Source: a virus. From it: 43,148 nucleotides of DNA. The DNA lies in the IMG/VR virus record IMGVR_UViG_3300033997_000066, positions 1 through 43,148 of that record; one strand, 5' to 3'. Shown one piece after another: positions 16,221-24,345 of this stretch (within the stretch, counting starts at the first letter, position 1; every line of letters begins with the position of its first letter). Made by a program: the position numbers and the translations under genes. The notes under the pieces were generated by a model that saw only the letters and a list, made by a program, of their open reading frames with translations, was not told the DNA's origin and searched no databases.

Positions 16221-16275
16221 GTTGAAATGATTATCGGCGTTTACCTAAGTAAACAGCCAATTGATTGTTTCTATC
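16221..16275 (-). promoter_or_regulatory. Conserved intergenic element A (putative internal promoter/operator)
   Basis: 46 of 55 nt are identical to 24291..24345, including an exact 18-mer gtaaacagccaattgatt. Read on the minus strand it is TTGGCT - 19 nt containing the palindrome GTTTAC-N4-GTAAAC - GATAAT. Confidence 0.45.
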
Positions 16276-16294
16276 GACTTCACGCGCACCAATA

Positions 16295-16316
16295 GAAAAC
16301 CCGCCGAAGCGGGTTT
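16295..16316 (-). terminator. Intrinsic terminator after the primase gene
   Basis: Minus strand reads AAACCCGC-TTCG-GCGGGTTT followed by TCTATTGG. Confidence 0.65.
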
Positions 16317-16320
16317 GTGG

Positions 16321-18606
16321 TCAGAACGGTGCGCCTTCGCGCTCGCTGTATTCTGGCGGCATCTTGAACAGCCGTTTGCTGCCGGACTTCCTGGGCTTGT
16401 CGCCGGTCAGCTTCTGCAGCAGCCGGCTGCAGTCGGTGGCCTGGGTCTTGGTCGGCCTGTCGAAGCCAACCGACAGCAGCACGTCTGTGGCCGTCAGCTC
16501 GCGGCCCATGCCCTTTCGCGCCCAGTCGAAGCGCTGCAGCAGCATTTCTTCCAGCGGGTCGATGGCTTCGTGCTCGCGGTTGACGCCTTCCAGCGCGGCT
16601 TCCTCGTCACGCTCCAGCCACCAGCGCTCACCGTCGCGGAACAGCGCGGCGACTTCGGCCCATAGCTGCTGCACGTCAATGTCGTGCGTGTAGTTCACGC
16701 CGACTACCGGCACGGTCCACCAGCGCACGTTACCGGTTTCGTCGGCCAGGAAGCGTTCAGGGTTCACGCTCGCGAAGAACACAGTTCGGCGCTGATAGCG
16801 CGATTCCAGGCGGTCATACGGCCGGCGCAGCATGTCCACGTCTTGGCTGATAAACGCCTTCAGCTTCGCAATGTCGGCCTTCCTGAAAGTGCCGTCCAGC
16901 TCGCCCAGCTCGACCATCCAGTGGCCAATGGCGCTGCTGATGCTGTCCTTGTTGGTCGGGTCGATGTTGGCGCCGACCTTGATTAGCGTGCGCTGTTCCT
17001 GCGGCACCAGGGACTTGAACCAGGCGGTTTTGCCCAGCGACTGTTCGCCCTGCAGCACCAGCACGCCCTTGGACCAGAAGCCATTCGGCAGCAGGGCAGC
17101 TGCAGCGGCCGATACCAGCCAGCGGCGCAGCAGCAATTCCAGCAGCTCGCGGTCGTAGCCTGGCGCAGTCTCCAGGGTGTCGCACACGTCCTTCAGCCGG
17201 CTGATGCCGTCCCAGGGCCTGGACATGATGAATTCGGCCACCGGGTTGTAACTCTGCTGGTTCGCAATCAGCTTCAGGTAGTCGCCAGTGTCGGCCTTGG
17301 GCATGCGGTTGCGAGCGCACAGGCTGTTGATTTCGGCCAGGGCGCAGTTCGCGGCCGCGTCGCCACCGTAGTTACGGCCAGGGATGACCACGGCCACGTC
17401 CTTGCTGATGATGTTGTACCGCGCGGTGATGCCGTATTGCTCCAGCAGCCACTGCAGATTTTCCCACGTGTTCAGCGGCTGCTGACGGTCGGACAGGTGC
17501 GGGAACATGAACGGGTTGACGCTGCTGTCCAGGTCCAGGTGGTTGTCGTTGGCGGCCTTCGGGATAACCGCGTTGATCTGCTCGCGCACGGCGTCGATGC
17601 CCTGACGCTGGTGCAGGTCGTTGAAGTCGGTGGGCTTGCCGTCCAGGCTTTCGAACTCAGGCACCACCAGGATGGCATTGGCCGAACTGGCAGCCTGGCG
17701 GCCGTAGTGCACGCCGTCGTTGGTCTGGCCGGGTTTGTGGAATTGGTCGTTGTCCACGGCCACCAGGATGGTGGCGGCGCCGAACAGCTCGCGCATGGCC
17801 CTGGCGATGTTCGGCACGTTGCCAGCGTCGAACGCCACAGCCACGCAGTGACCGGTGGCCATGTGGATGCTGGCACCAGTCGAATAGCCCTCGCAGACGA
17901 CGATGACCGGGTTGCCGCCCATTGGCTTGCCACCCAGCATGAAGAACGCGCCGCGCTTCTGGCCGCCTGGCAGGTAGTCGCGGTCGCGGCCGATTTCGGC
18001 GTTGTCGTTGACGAAGATGGCCTGCAGGCTGACCAGGTGGCCGTCGATGTTCTGGATGGGCACCAGCAAGGCTTCCTGGCCGTTGCGCCACTTGCCGATG
18101 CGCAGCCCGAACGACAGCACGCCCTTGCGCTGCAGGTATGGGTGGTCATCGCCTTCAATGTCGTGCGCCAGGTCCCACATGGTCTTTGCACGTTCGGCCG
18201 CCATGGCGCGCTTGCGCTCACGCTCGGCCCGCTCGGCTTCTTCCTCGGCCTTGCGCTTGGCGCGGCGTGCCTCGATGGCCGCCTGGTCGATAGGCTCGCG
18301 CAGTTCTTCGTTCAGGCTGAACCCGAACTGGGTAGCCTCATGTATCAGGGTGGCGATGGTAATGCCGCCACTGGGCTTAATCGACTTCCAGGTGTCGCGG
18401 GCGTCAATGCTGTTGTAGGACTTGCCCGACTTGCTCCATTCGTCCCACAGCGCGAAACCTGCGTTGCCCAGCTCGGACTTAACCGCCATGCCGATGCGCA
18501 CCCATTCGTCACGGCTGCAGCCGGCGTCAAGGTACGTCAGGGCCTGGGCAATCTCGTCCTCGGTAAGGTCGCGGTAGGAATTCGCGCCCGTGCTCATTGG
18601 TTTCAT
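16321..18606 (-). CDS. Bifunctional primase/NTPase: PriCT-2 N-terminus, Toprim domain, VirE/D5-like P-loop domain
   Basis: 761 aa. PriCT-2-like: LDAGCSRDEWVRIGMAVKSELG..GFALWDEWS. Toprim: VVCEGYSTGASIH...ILVAVDND. Walker A: VLVLQGEQSLGKTAWF. Confidence 0.9.
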   Translation of the reverse strand: MKPMSTGANSYRDLTEDEIAQALTYLDAGCSRDEWVRIGMAVKSELGNAGFALWDEWSKSGKSYNSIDARDTWKSIKPSGGITIATLIHEATQFGFSLNEELREPIDQAAIEARRAKRKAEEEAERAERERKRAMAAERAKTMWDLAHDIEGDDHPYLQRKGVLSFGLRIGKWRNGQEALLVPIQNIDGHLVSLQAIFVNDNAEIGRDRDYLPGGQKRGAFFMLGGKPMGGNPVIVVCEGYSTGASIHMATGHCVAVAFDAGNVPNIARAMRELFGAATILVAVDNDQFHKPGQTNDGVHYGRQAASSANAILVVPEFESLDGKPTDFNDLHQRQGIDAVREQINAVIPKAANDNHLDLDSSVNPFMFPHLSDRQQPLNTWENLQWLLEQYGITARYNIISKDVAVVIPGRNYGGDAAANCALAEINSLCARNRMPKADTGDYLKLIANQQSYNPVAEFIMSRPWDGISRLKDVCDTLETAPGYDRELLELLLRRWLVSAAAAALLPNGFWSKGVLVLQGEQSLGKTAWFKSLVPQEQRTLIKVGANIDPTNKDSISSAIGHWMVELGELDGTFRKADIAKLKAFISQDVDMLRRPYDRLESRYQRRTVFFASVNPERFLADETGNVRWWTVPVVGVNYTHDIDVQQLWAEVAALFRDGERWWLERDEEAALEGVNREHEAIDPLEEMLLQRFDWARKGMGRELTATDVLLSVGFDRPTKTQATDCSRLLQKLTGDKPRKSGSKRLFKMPPEYSEREGAPF

Positions 18607-18615
18607 CTTTGCCCC

Positions 18616-18873
18616 TTACCGGGTGTACCAAATTTGCTTGATGGTGTGTTCCAGGCGCTCGACGGCAGCCAGGCCGCGTTTCTGCAGGATGCCACCGCTG
18701 ATAACGCCGCGTTCGTCCATCTTGCCGCGCAGGCGTGCCCGACGTGCTGCCTTGGTTGGCAGGGCGATGATGGCTCGCGCCTCGCATTCGTGGCGCCATT
18801 CCTCGCTATCCGACAGAACTTCACGGCCGTCGTGCAGCGTCACCTTGCTAGGCTTCCAGCTGCAGGCGTTCAC
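18616..18873 (-). CDS. Hypothetical protein (85 aa)
   Basis: I place the start at GTG 18873, overlapping the upstream stop (GTGA). Contains EEWRHECEAR...RRARL. No function is recognised. Confidence 0.45.
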   Translation of the reverse strand: MNACSWKPSKVTLHDGREVLSDSEEWRHECEARAIIALPTKAARRARLRGKMDERGVISGGILQKRGLAAVERLEHTIKQIWYTR

Positions 18874-19088
18874 GCTGGCACCATCTTGGCTTTCAGCAGC
18901 TCCAGGGCGTGTTCGGGAATCTGGCGCTTGTCGTCCTTGCACCGCCAGATGCGGACGGTTTGCGGCGACCGGTTCAGCAGCTCGCCGACCTTCTCAGCGG
19001 TCAGGCCATGAGTGGCCATCAGCTGGTGCAGCTGTTCGGTTCTATTGGTCATGTCGGTGTAATCATCAGTGTTGAAACAGGCGCCCAT
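18870..19088 (-). CDS. Small HTH DNA-binding protein (Cro/Ner-like candidate)
   Basis: 72 aa. The segment LTAEKVGELLNRSPQTVRIWRCKDDKRQIPEHAL is a helix-turn-helix. It is preceded by a non-coding gap. The start may instead be at 19052. Confidence 0.6.
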   Translation of the reverse strand: MGACFNTDDYTDMTNRTEQLHQLMATHGLTAEKVGELLNRSPQTVRIWRCKDDKRQIPEHALELLKAKMVPA

Positions 19089-19101
19089 TGTACATAGGCG
19101 C

Positions 19102-19119
19102 GTTGAAATAAGTAAACAG
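19102..19119 (-). promoter_or_regulatory. Partial third copy of the intergenic element (gttgaaat + aagtaaacag)
   Basis: It matches both ends of the element A segment 16221..16256 but lacks the central 18 nt. It lies in the gap upstream of the HTH gene. Confidence 0.3.
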
Positions 19120-19139
19120 TCTCTGTAATTACTTGCGGC

Positions 19140-19346
19140 TCACTTGCGTTCACCGAAAATCATTTCAATCTTCGCCATGGCTGCCTTGACGCGGGCGCGT
19201 GACGCCGATTGCTCGCGCAGCCTGGTGACCAGGCACTGCGCGGCGAAGGCTTCGGCGCCGACTTCGTCATGATAGCTTGCGTCCGTGGCGCGCTGCTGGT
19301 CCAGCTCGCGCGCCTGGGCGCTGTCGGCGTAGTCACTGCGCCGCAT
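19140..19346 (-). CDS. Hypothetical protein (68 aa)
   Basis: Track ORF in the same orientation as the operon. No motif recognised. Confidence 0.4.
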   Translation of the reverse strand: MRRSDYADSAQARELDQQRATDASYHDEVGAEAFAAQCLVTRLREQSASRARVKAAMAKIEMIFGERK

Positions 19347-19644
19347 GCTGCACCGATCCGAACAGCACCGCGTCGCCGCGCAGGGTGTTTTCGCGCACCG
19401 TAACCGGCTCCAGGTGGTCAGGGTTGCAGCAGTTTCGCACCTTGCAAAGATGGTCCAGCACTAGGCCGGCTTCGATCTGCCCGCGCAGCAGCTCCCAAAC
19501 CGCGCGGTGCGTCATGTGCCGCTTCCCGCCGATCCACACGCGGCCATAGCCGTTGCGGTTCAGCTCGCCTTGCCACTCCCAGCAGCCGCTGTCAGTCACT
19601 AGGATGCGTGGCGCCATCCTTGGTGGCAGGGCTTCCAGGCTCAT
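19333..19644 (-). CDS. HNH endonuclease (HNH_3 type)
   Basis: The pattern is CWEWQGELNRNGYGRVWIGGKRHMTHRAVWELL...LVLDHLCKVRNCCNPDHLEPVT..EN. The start may be the Met at 19644 or the track start at 19746. Confidence 0.8.
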   Translation of the reverse strand: MSLEALPPRMAPRILVTDSGCWEWQGELNRNGYGRVWIGGKRHMTHRAVWELLRGQIEAGLVLDHLCKVRNCCNPDHLEPVTVRENTLRGDAVLFGSVQHAAQ

Positions 19645-19720
19645 AACACCCACCAAAGCAGCGGGCACCAGAAGAACACCACGCAGCCAAGTGCGCACAG
19701 CAGCGCAATCTGTAGAAGGT

Positions 19721-20551
19721 TCACACGTCACGCGCCTTGCCGTCATTGACGACCAGCTTAACCGTGCCGCTTTCGCAGCCTGTCAGGTGGATTTCGCCAT
19801 CAGGCATATTCCCGTCCACCACCAGGTTCATGCCGAAGACACGGCGCGGCGCGCTCGGCTCTGCACCACCCGCCAGGGCTTCCAGTCGGTCGTAGGCAGC
19901 GCACGCTGCGCAGACATGCCCTGTCGCATCCCAGCGACCGCGAACCTGGTGACAGTGCCCTGGATAGCCGTGCGGTTCGTCGTCTTCGTCGCGAGCTGAC
20001 AGGGCTGCGCGGGCTGCGCTCTGCAGCTCGGCCAGCTGGGCGCGCAGGGTGTCGATCAGGTCGAAATCAGGCGCCTTGCCAAGTGGCGGCTTCCACTGCT
20101 CGCCGCCGTTGTACGTGTAGCGCATGCCCTGCAGGGTCTTGATGGCTGCGGCGGCGCTGCTGGGCTGGTCCAGGCCAAAAATGAAGTCTTTCAGTTCCTG
20201 CGCATACTCGCCGCGAGTGACCACGAACAACGCGCCGGTTTCGGTGTTTTGCAGCCACTTCACCGCACCGTTCCCGCGCTCGCGGTTGTGCGCCTTCCAG
20301 TACGCTAGGCCGATTTCCTGCAGCTTGCATTGCAGCGCGTCCCAGTCGGTCGGCAGGCCCATCAGCTCTTGCAGCCCCTTCACCTGGTCTTCCAGGGCAT
20401 AGGCGTGCGCTTCCAGCTTTTCGAACATGGCTGTCAGGTCAGTTTCTGCCTGCAAGGTTTCTGCGGCCCTATCCCAGCCTTCGCCCTCATCAAAGCGGGC
20501 GTTTCCGTATGCCATCAGAGCACTGGTAAATTCCTTGGAAGTCATTTGCAC
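19721..20551 (-). CDS. Hypothetical protein (276 aa, coiled-coil N-terminus)
   Basis: Long ORF in operon orientation, coupled to its neighbours. No confident family call. Confidence 0.55.
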   Translation of the reverse strand: MQMTSKEFTSALMAYGNARFDEGEGWDRAAETLQAETDLTAMFEKLEAHAYALEDQVKGLQELMGLPTDWDALQCKLQEIGLAYWKAHNRERGNGAVKWLQNTETGALFVVTRGEYAQELKDFIFGLDQPSSAAAAIKTLQGMRYTYNGGEQWKPPLGKAPDFDLIDTLRAQLAELQSAARAALSARDEDDEPHGYPGHCHQVRGRWDATGHVCAACAAYDRLEALAGGAEPSAPRRVFGMNLVVDGNMPDGEIHLTGCESGTVKLVVNDGKARDV

Positions 20552-20730
20552 ACCTCAGCGGCATTGCCGCGATAGTCAGGCCAGCCGTACTGGCCTTGGG
20601 TTTCTTTGAAGGTCTTGACCATTTCGCAGTACAGCGCTTGCTGCTGTTCCAGGTCGTCGGGCTGCGGGTCTGGCAGGTTCACCAGCACCACCAGCAGGGC
20701 GAAGCACGCCACCCAAAACAAGCGGTTCAT
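20542..20730 (-). CDS. Small membrane-anchored/secreted protein (62 aa)
   Basis: N-terminal hydrophobic segment LFWVACFALLVVLVNL. Confidence 0.5.
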   Translation of the reverse strand: MNRLFWVACFALLVVLVNLPDPQPDDLEQQQALYCEMVKTFKETQGQYGWPDYRGNAAEVCK

Positions 20731-20915
20731 TTCGCGTCACCCAGGTGCCAGCCGCTGCAGTAGCGGCAGGATTCGATGGGGCGCAGCTTGCCGGTTTTGG
20801 CGAAGATGCGCTGCTGTGCGGCCTTGGCCTGGTCCTTCGACCAGAACGACCGGCGAACCTGGCACTGGCTGTCGTCATAGATGACGGTGTTAGGTGCGAA
20901 CGGGTGCTGCTCCAT
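20727..20915 (-). CDS. Small zinc-ribbon protein ending CRYCSGWHLG (paralog of 21013..21342)
   Basis: I place the start at ATG 20915 (MEQHPF, GAGGG 8 nt upstream). The track TTG start at 20963 would run into the terminator. Confidence 0.55.
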   Translation of the reverse strand: MEQHPFAPNTVIYDDSQCQVRRSFWSKDQAKAAQQRIFAKTGKLRPIESCRYCSGWHLGDAK

Positions 20916-20963
20916 GGTGTTGCCCTCGCGTTGTTTACGTTTGGGAATTGTGCGCGCAGGCAA

Positions 20964-20995
20964 AGAAAAAGGCCCATTGATTGTTTCAATGGGCC
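20964..20995 (-). terminator. Intrinsic terminator between the two CxxC-GWHL genes
   Basis: Minus strand reads GGCCCATTG-AAACAAT-CAATGGGCC followed by TTTTTCTTTG. The hairpin's upstream arm and loop contain attgattgtttc, which is also present in element A. Confidence 0.7.
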
Positions 20996-21012
20996 TTCTG
21001 GCTGCCGATAGT

Positions 21013-21342
21013 TTACTGCTCGGCGTAAGGTCGCTGGCTGGTCAGATGCCAGCCGCTGCAGTGCGGGCACAGGTAGACCCTGCAGGGAATGTGCGGCGTC
21101 TTCGGGTCGCGCCGCACGTTCGCCAGCTCCAGCATGGCTTCGGGTTCGGTGCGATACCGGCGTTTCTTGCAGACTTCCTGGCCGTTCGGCATGCGCCAAC
21201 CGACCACCTTGCCGTTCCTGATGATGATGGCGGCGCCGGCCTCGCGTATCAGGGCCTTCAGTGCTCTTGATGCATAGCCACGGCGCCGGCCGTGCTCGCC
21301 TTCGATGCGCGCTCGCCTGCGGGCGAACTCGCCAGCGTTCAC
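21013..21342 (-). CDS. Small zinc-ribbon protein ending CPHCSGWHLTS
   Basis: 109 aa with a basic N-terminus. The C-terminal motif Y.C..CSGWHL is shared with 20727..20915. Confidence 0.55.
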   Translation of the reverse strand: MNAGEFARRRARIEGEHGRRRGYASRALKALIREAGAAIIIRNGKVVGWRMPNGQEVCKKRRYRTEPEAMLELANVRRDPKTPHIPCRVYLCPHCSGWHLTSQRPYAEQ

Positions 21343-21563
21343 GCGGCACCACCCAGCAGCCGATAGTCGCCGTCCGCACGCGGGTACAGGTGGGTGGCGC
21401 TAGGCACGGTCATGACACAGTGCGAGCCGTCGCCCAGGTCCACGATGCAGTCGCGCATTGCGACGCCGTACAGGTCAGCCAGACGCGCGGCGCTGACGTA
21501 GTGCGACTGGCCGTCGCTGTTGCAGGTGATGTTGCCAGGGTGCAGCACGTACTTGCGTTTCAC
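21339..21563 (-). CDS. Hypothetical protein (74 aa)
   Basis: Coupled ORF in operon orientation. Confidence 0.45.
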   Translation of the reverse strand: MKRKYVLHPGNITCNSDGQSHYVSAARLADLYGVAMRDCIVDLGDGSHCVMTVPSATHLYPRADGDYRLLGGAA

Positions 21564-21949
21564 ATTTCACCATCCAGGATGCGCACGGCATCGTCAGCCG
21601 ACCGCGCCACACCGGCACGGCCTCCATTGTCGTTCACGGCCTTCAGGAAGTTGCCCTGCTTGTCGCTGGCGCGCCCCTTGGCCGTCTTCACTTCCACCGC
21701 CACGAACACGGCGACCGTCTGCCCCACCATTTCCTGGGTGATGACCACCGGCACCAGGCCGAACAGGTCGCTGAACCCAGGCGGAAGGCCGGTGGTGAAC
21801 GGCCGCGCGCCTTCGATCAGCACGCGGTTGCCTGGCAGTTTCTTCACCTCGGTGCCGGTCCACGCCTGGCCGACGTTGGCGCGGAAGATCAGCCCCTTGT
21901 CAGCCAGCGCGTTGCGGATTTCGTTTTGTATGGCGTGTTCGCGGCTCAT
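21560..21949 (-). CDS. VRR-NUC domain nuclease
   Basis: 129 aa. The PD-(D/E)XK pattern is GFSDLFG ... VAVEVKT..G..S..Q..F. Confidence 0.85.
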   Translation of the reverse strand: MSREHAIQNEIRNALADKGLIFRANVGQAWTGTEVKKLPGNRVLIEGARPFTTGLPPGFSDLFGLVPVVITQEMVGQTVAVFVAVEVKTAKGRASDKQGNFLKAVNDNGGRAGVARSADDAVRILDGEM

Positions 21950-22185
21950 TGCGCACCACCCAGCAGGCCAACCGGCTGCGCCTGCGGCAGCTCGGTGCCA
22001 ACCAGCATTTCCATTTCGTAGGTCAGCGAAAGGAATACGAATGGCACCATAAGCATAGGGCAGCGCGGGTTCAGCTTGTACTGCGATCTGGCTTCAACAC
22101 CGCCAGGCGTTTTGCAGCTGACGCGCACCACTGGCGCGCCATCGTCTGCCTTGTCGCACCACCACACCAGCGGCAGGCCCTTCAT
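21946..22185 (-). CDS. Hypothetical protein (79 aa)
   Basis: Coupled ORF. No motif recognised. Confidence 0.4.
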   Translation of the reverse strand: MKGLPLVWWCDKADDGAPVVRVSCKTPGGVEARSQYKLNPRCPMLMVPFVFLSLTYEMEMLVGTELPQAQPVGLLGGAQ

Positions 22186-23156
22186 TGCGCACCTTCCTGC
22201 AGCTCCAGCTGGGCTTCCTTGTTCTGCTTCTCGCGCAGCTTCAGTTCCTTGTCGGCCAGCACGCGCTGCGATTCTTCAAGGATCAGGTGCAGTTCCATCA
22301 GGTGCTGCAGGTCTACTTCCACCTTGCCTTCGGCAATCTCGCCACGGTGGTATCGGTCGATCTGCAGGCGAGCGTCCATCGGCAGGCTGGAATGCAGCTT
22401 GATGGTGGCGCCGTGCAGGTCATCCAGCAGGTTGCGCGGCACGCTGGGGCCTTTCATGGTGCCAGCCGTCACCTTGCCCTTGCCCTGGGCCTTGGCCTTC
22501 TCCAGCTCGCCGCCCAGCACCTGGCCCGCGTCGTCGCCGTGCTGGCGCACCACGTCCACCGCGACGCTGCCCGACACTTCGCCGGCCTTGACCATCTGTT
22601 GAACTGCGGTCGGTGCGTTGGCCAGAATCAGCAGCTGGTCCACGCGCTGGCGGGTCATGCCGATTTTCTTGGCGATCTGGTCAGGCGTCCAGCCGAACGC
22701 AGCCAGGCGCTTGCAGCCGTTGGCCTTCTCAAGGTCGGTCAGTCGGCGGTTCGTGTTGCTGGTGAAGACTCGGGCCAGGCGGTCGGCGTCGTTGCCTTCG
22801 AACGGGACAACGGAAACCCAAAATTCCAGGATTTCGGGGTTGTCCTTGTTCGGCGTTTTCGGCAGCCGGCCCTGGGCATCCAGCTGGCGGTAGGACAGGG
22901 TGCGGCGCTCGCCCTCGACAATCCACACGCCACCTTCGGCACGCGGGCGAACTTCCAGCGGTGGGACCTGTCCACCTTCGGCCAGGTGCTCTGCCAGGGC
23001 GTCGATGCTTTCCTGGAAGGTCATGCCGTTTTCGTCCACCGCGTCTTTGTCGCGAAGGTTGAAACCAGGTTCAATGTGAATGTCTTCCAGGCGCACTTTC
23101 ATGGCGTCGGCGCGCTTGATTTCCTTGTCGGCGATCATTTGCTTGAAACTTTTCAT
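22182..23156 (-). CDS. ParB/KorB-like N-terminal domain DNA-binding protein
   Basis: 324 aa. LEDIHIEPGFNLRD...PPLEVRP...VWIVEGERRTLSY is a ParB/Srx fold. It is followed by the HTH TPDQIAKKIGMTRQRVDQLLILA. Confidence 0.85.
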   Translation of the reverse strand: MKSFKQMIADKEIKRADAMKVRLEDIHIEPGFNLRDKDAVDENGMTFQESIDALAEHLAEGGQVPPLEVRPRAEGGVWIVEGERRTLSYRQLDAQGRLPKTPNKDNPEILEFWVSVVPFEGNDADRLARVFTSNTNRRLTDLEKANGCKRLAAFGWTPDQIAKKIGMTRQRVDQLLILANAPTAVQQMVKAGEVSGSVAVDVVRQHGDDAGQVLGGELEKAKAQGKGKVTAGTMKGPSVPRNLLDDLHGATIKLHSSLPMDARLQIDRYHRGEIAEGKVEVDLQHLMELHLILEESQRVLADKELKLREKQNKEAQLELQEGAQ

Positions 23157-23172
23157 TGTGCTGCCTCTTTGT

Positions 23173-23697
23173 TTAAACGTACTTCATCCAATCGAATGGC
23201 TCGCACATAACGAGCCTGTTGTTTTTGGCTTTGTTCAGCCTTGCCGGCATCACCTGAATGTTCGCCGCGCAGTGCAGACCACACGCCAGCTTCGCCTGCA
23301 GCGGCACCATGTGGTCAACCTGCCAGGCAAGGCCGGTAGCCAGCTCGCGCAGTCGGCACAGGTCGGCAGCCTCGCGCATTACGAAGTCGTCCAGCTCGCC
23401 GTACCAGGGTGGGGTGGCATTCAGGCGTCTTGACCTTCTAGCTTGGTCGCGCGCCCTGAAATCCTCCTTTCTGTGCGCATAGTAAGACCTGAAGTAGTCG
23501 CCATTTTCTCTGTAGTGCCTTGCTGAACGCTCGCGTTCTGTCACAGCGTTTTCAGCGTAGTGCCGGGCATTGTCTTCAGCCAGACATGCAGTGCAGTTAC
23601 CTGTGCTGGTGTTTCTATCAGCAACGTGCCCGCGCTTGCACGGCTTGCCAGTGAAGTACCGGCGATGGCCTAGTGACTTAGCTTCGGCTCTTTTCAA
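23173..23697 (-). CDS. HNH endonuclease
   Basis: The C-terminal motif is WQVDHMVPL...GLH...NIQVMPARLNKAKNN. The upstream motif is RYFTGKPCKRGHVADR..TGNCTAC. The start is uncertain. I suggest TTG 23697, overlapping the upstream stop (TTGA). The 344-aa track ORF upstream part overlaps two better genes. Confidence 0.7.
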   Translation of the reverse strand: MKRAEAKSLGHRRYFTGKPCKRGHVADRNTSTGNCTACLAEDNARHYAENAVTERERSARHYRENGDYFRSYYAHRKEDFRARDQARRSRRLNATPPWYGELDDFVMREAADLCRLRELATGLAWQVDHMVPLQAKLACGLHCAANIQVMPARLNKAKNNRLVMCEPFDWMKYV

Positions 23698-23930
23698 TCC
23701 TTGTACTCTCCAGGCTTGATGAACTTGCACTGGCCGGAACCAATGCGGTGGGGGAAGTGGTAGCAATCCGCGTGGCAGGTGGGTCGTTCGTCCTTGCCGG
23801 CCATACGGTACTTGTCTTCTCGGTAGTCGCGGGCGCCGCACCCGCACTTCGGTTGCCGCAGGTATTCGCCAGGGTGCTTGCGCAGCACCCGGCGAGTGCC
23901 GCAGCGTCGGCAGCGGCAGTGGGTTTTCAT
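23694..23930 (-). CDS. Cys-rich small protein (putative zinc binding)
   Basis: 78 aa containing CRCRRCG...CGCG...CHADCYHFPH...C. Confidence 0.55.
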   Translation of the reverse strand: MKTHCRCRRCGTRRVLRKHPGEYLRQPKCGCGARDYREDKYRMAGKDERPTCHADCYHFPHRIGSGQCKFIKPGEYKD

Positions 23931-24253
23931 TACATGCCCAGGTGCGCGAGCCAGCCGAACAGAAGAACGAGTGCCGGGGCAAGGATCGTGCTGACCAGAA
24001 TGTGTTGCGCATCCTCCAGTTCTTCAGTCGGCGTGCGCTTCGGCTGTTTCTTGCGCGAGTAACCGCGAACCATGACCGCAGCCAGCAATGCCAGGCCGTA
24101 GGCGTGGAAGATGCCGATTTGCTGCACACCCAGCGGCACAGCGAACCAGCCCCACAGCACGGTAGTGACATACGCACACCAGAAGAACGATAGCGGCAGA
24201 CATGCAAACAGGATGATTGCGATTGCCGATAGGGCTTTGGCGGAATCTTTCAT
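23930..24253 (-). CDS. Small integral membrane protein (about 3 TM)
   Basis: 107 aa with three hydrophobic helices. A strong RBS (AAGAAAGAGGAAACA) lies upstream. Confidence 0.6.
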   Translation of the reverse strand: MKDSAKALSAIAIILFACLPLSFFWCAYVTTVLWGWFAVPLGVQQIGIFHAYGLALLAAVMVRGYSRKKQPKRTPTEELEDAQHILVSTILAPALVLLFGWLAHLGM

Positions 24254-24290
24254 TTTGGGTTGTTTCCTCTTTCTTGATTAATGTTGTGTT

Positions 24291-24345
24291 GCTGAAATGA
24301 TTTTCGCCGTTTCCGTCCGTAAACAGCCAATTGATTTTCTCTATC
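24291..24345 (-). promoter_or_regulatory. Conserved intergenic element B
   Basis: Same element as 16221..16275. On the minus strand it reads TTGGCT - 19 nt with GTTTAC-N4-GGAAAC - GAAAAT. It overlaps only the helicase stop codon. Confidence 0.45.

Noticed and set aside
20576-21379. 267-aa minus-strand ORF spanning several small genes
   Set aside because: It is an Arg/Pro/Ala-rich out-of-frame shadow that crosses an intrinsic terminator. The shorter in-frame genes have RBSs and coupled stops and starts.
23698-24207. Upstream 170 codons of the 344-aa track ORF 23173..24207
   Set aside because: This part overlaps the Cys-rich gene and the membrane-protein gene in another frame and has a Arg/Trp/Cys-rich composition. 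Only the C-terminal HNH part (from about 23697) looks real.
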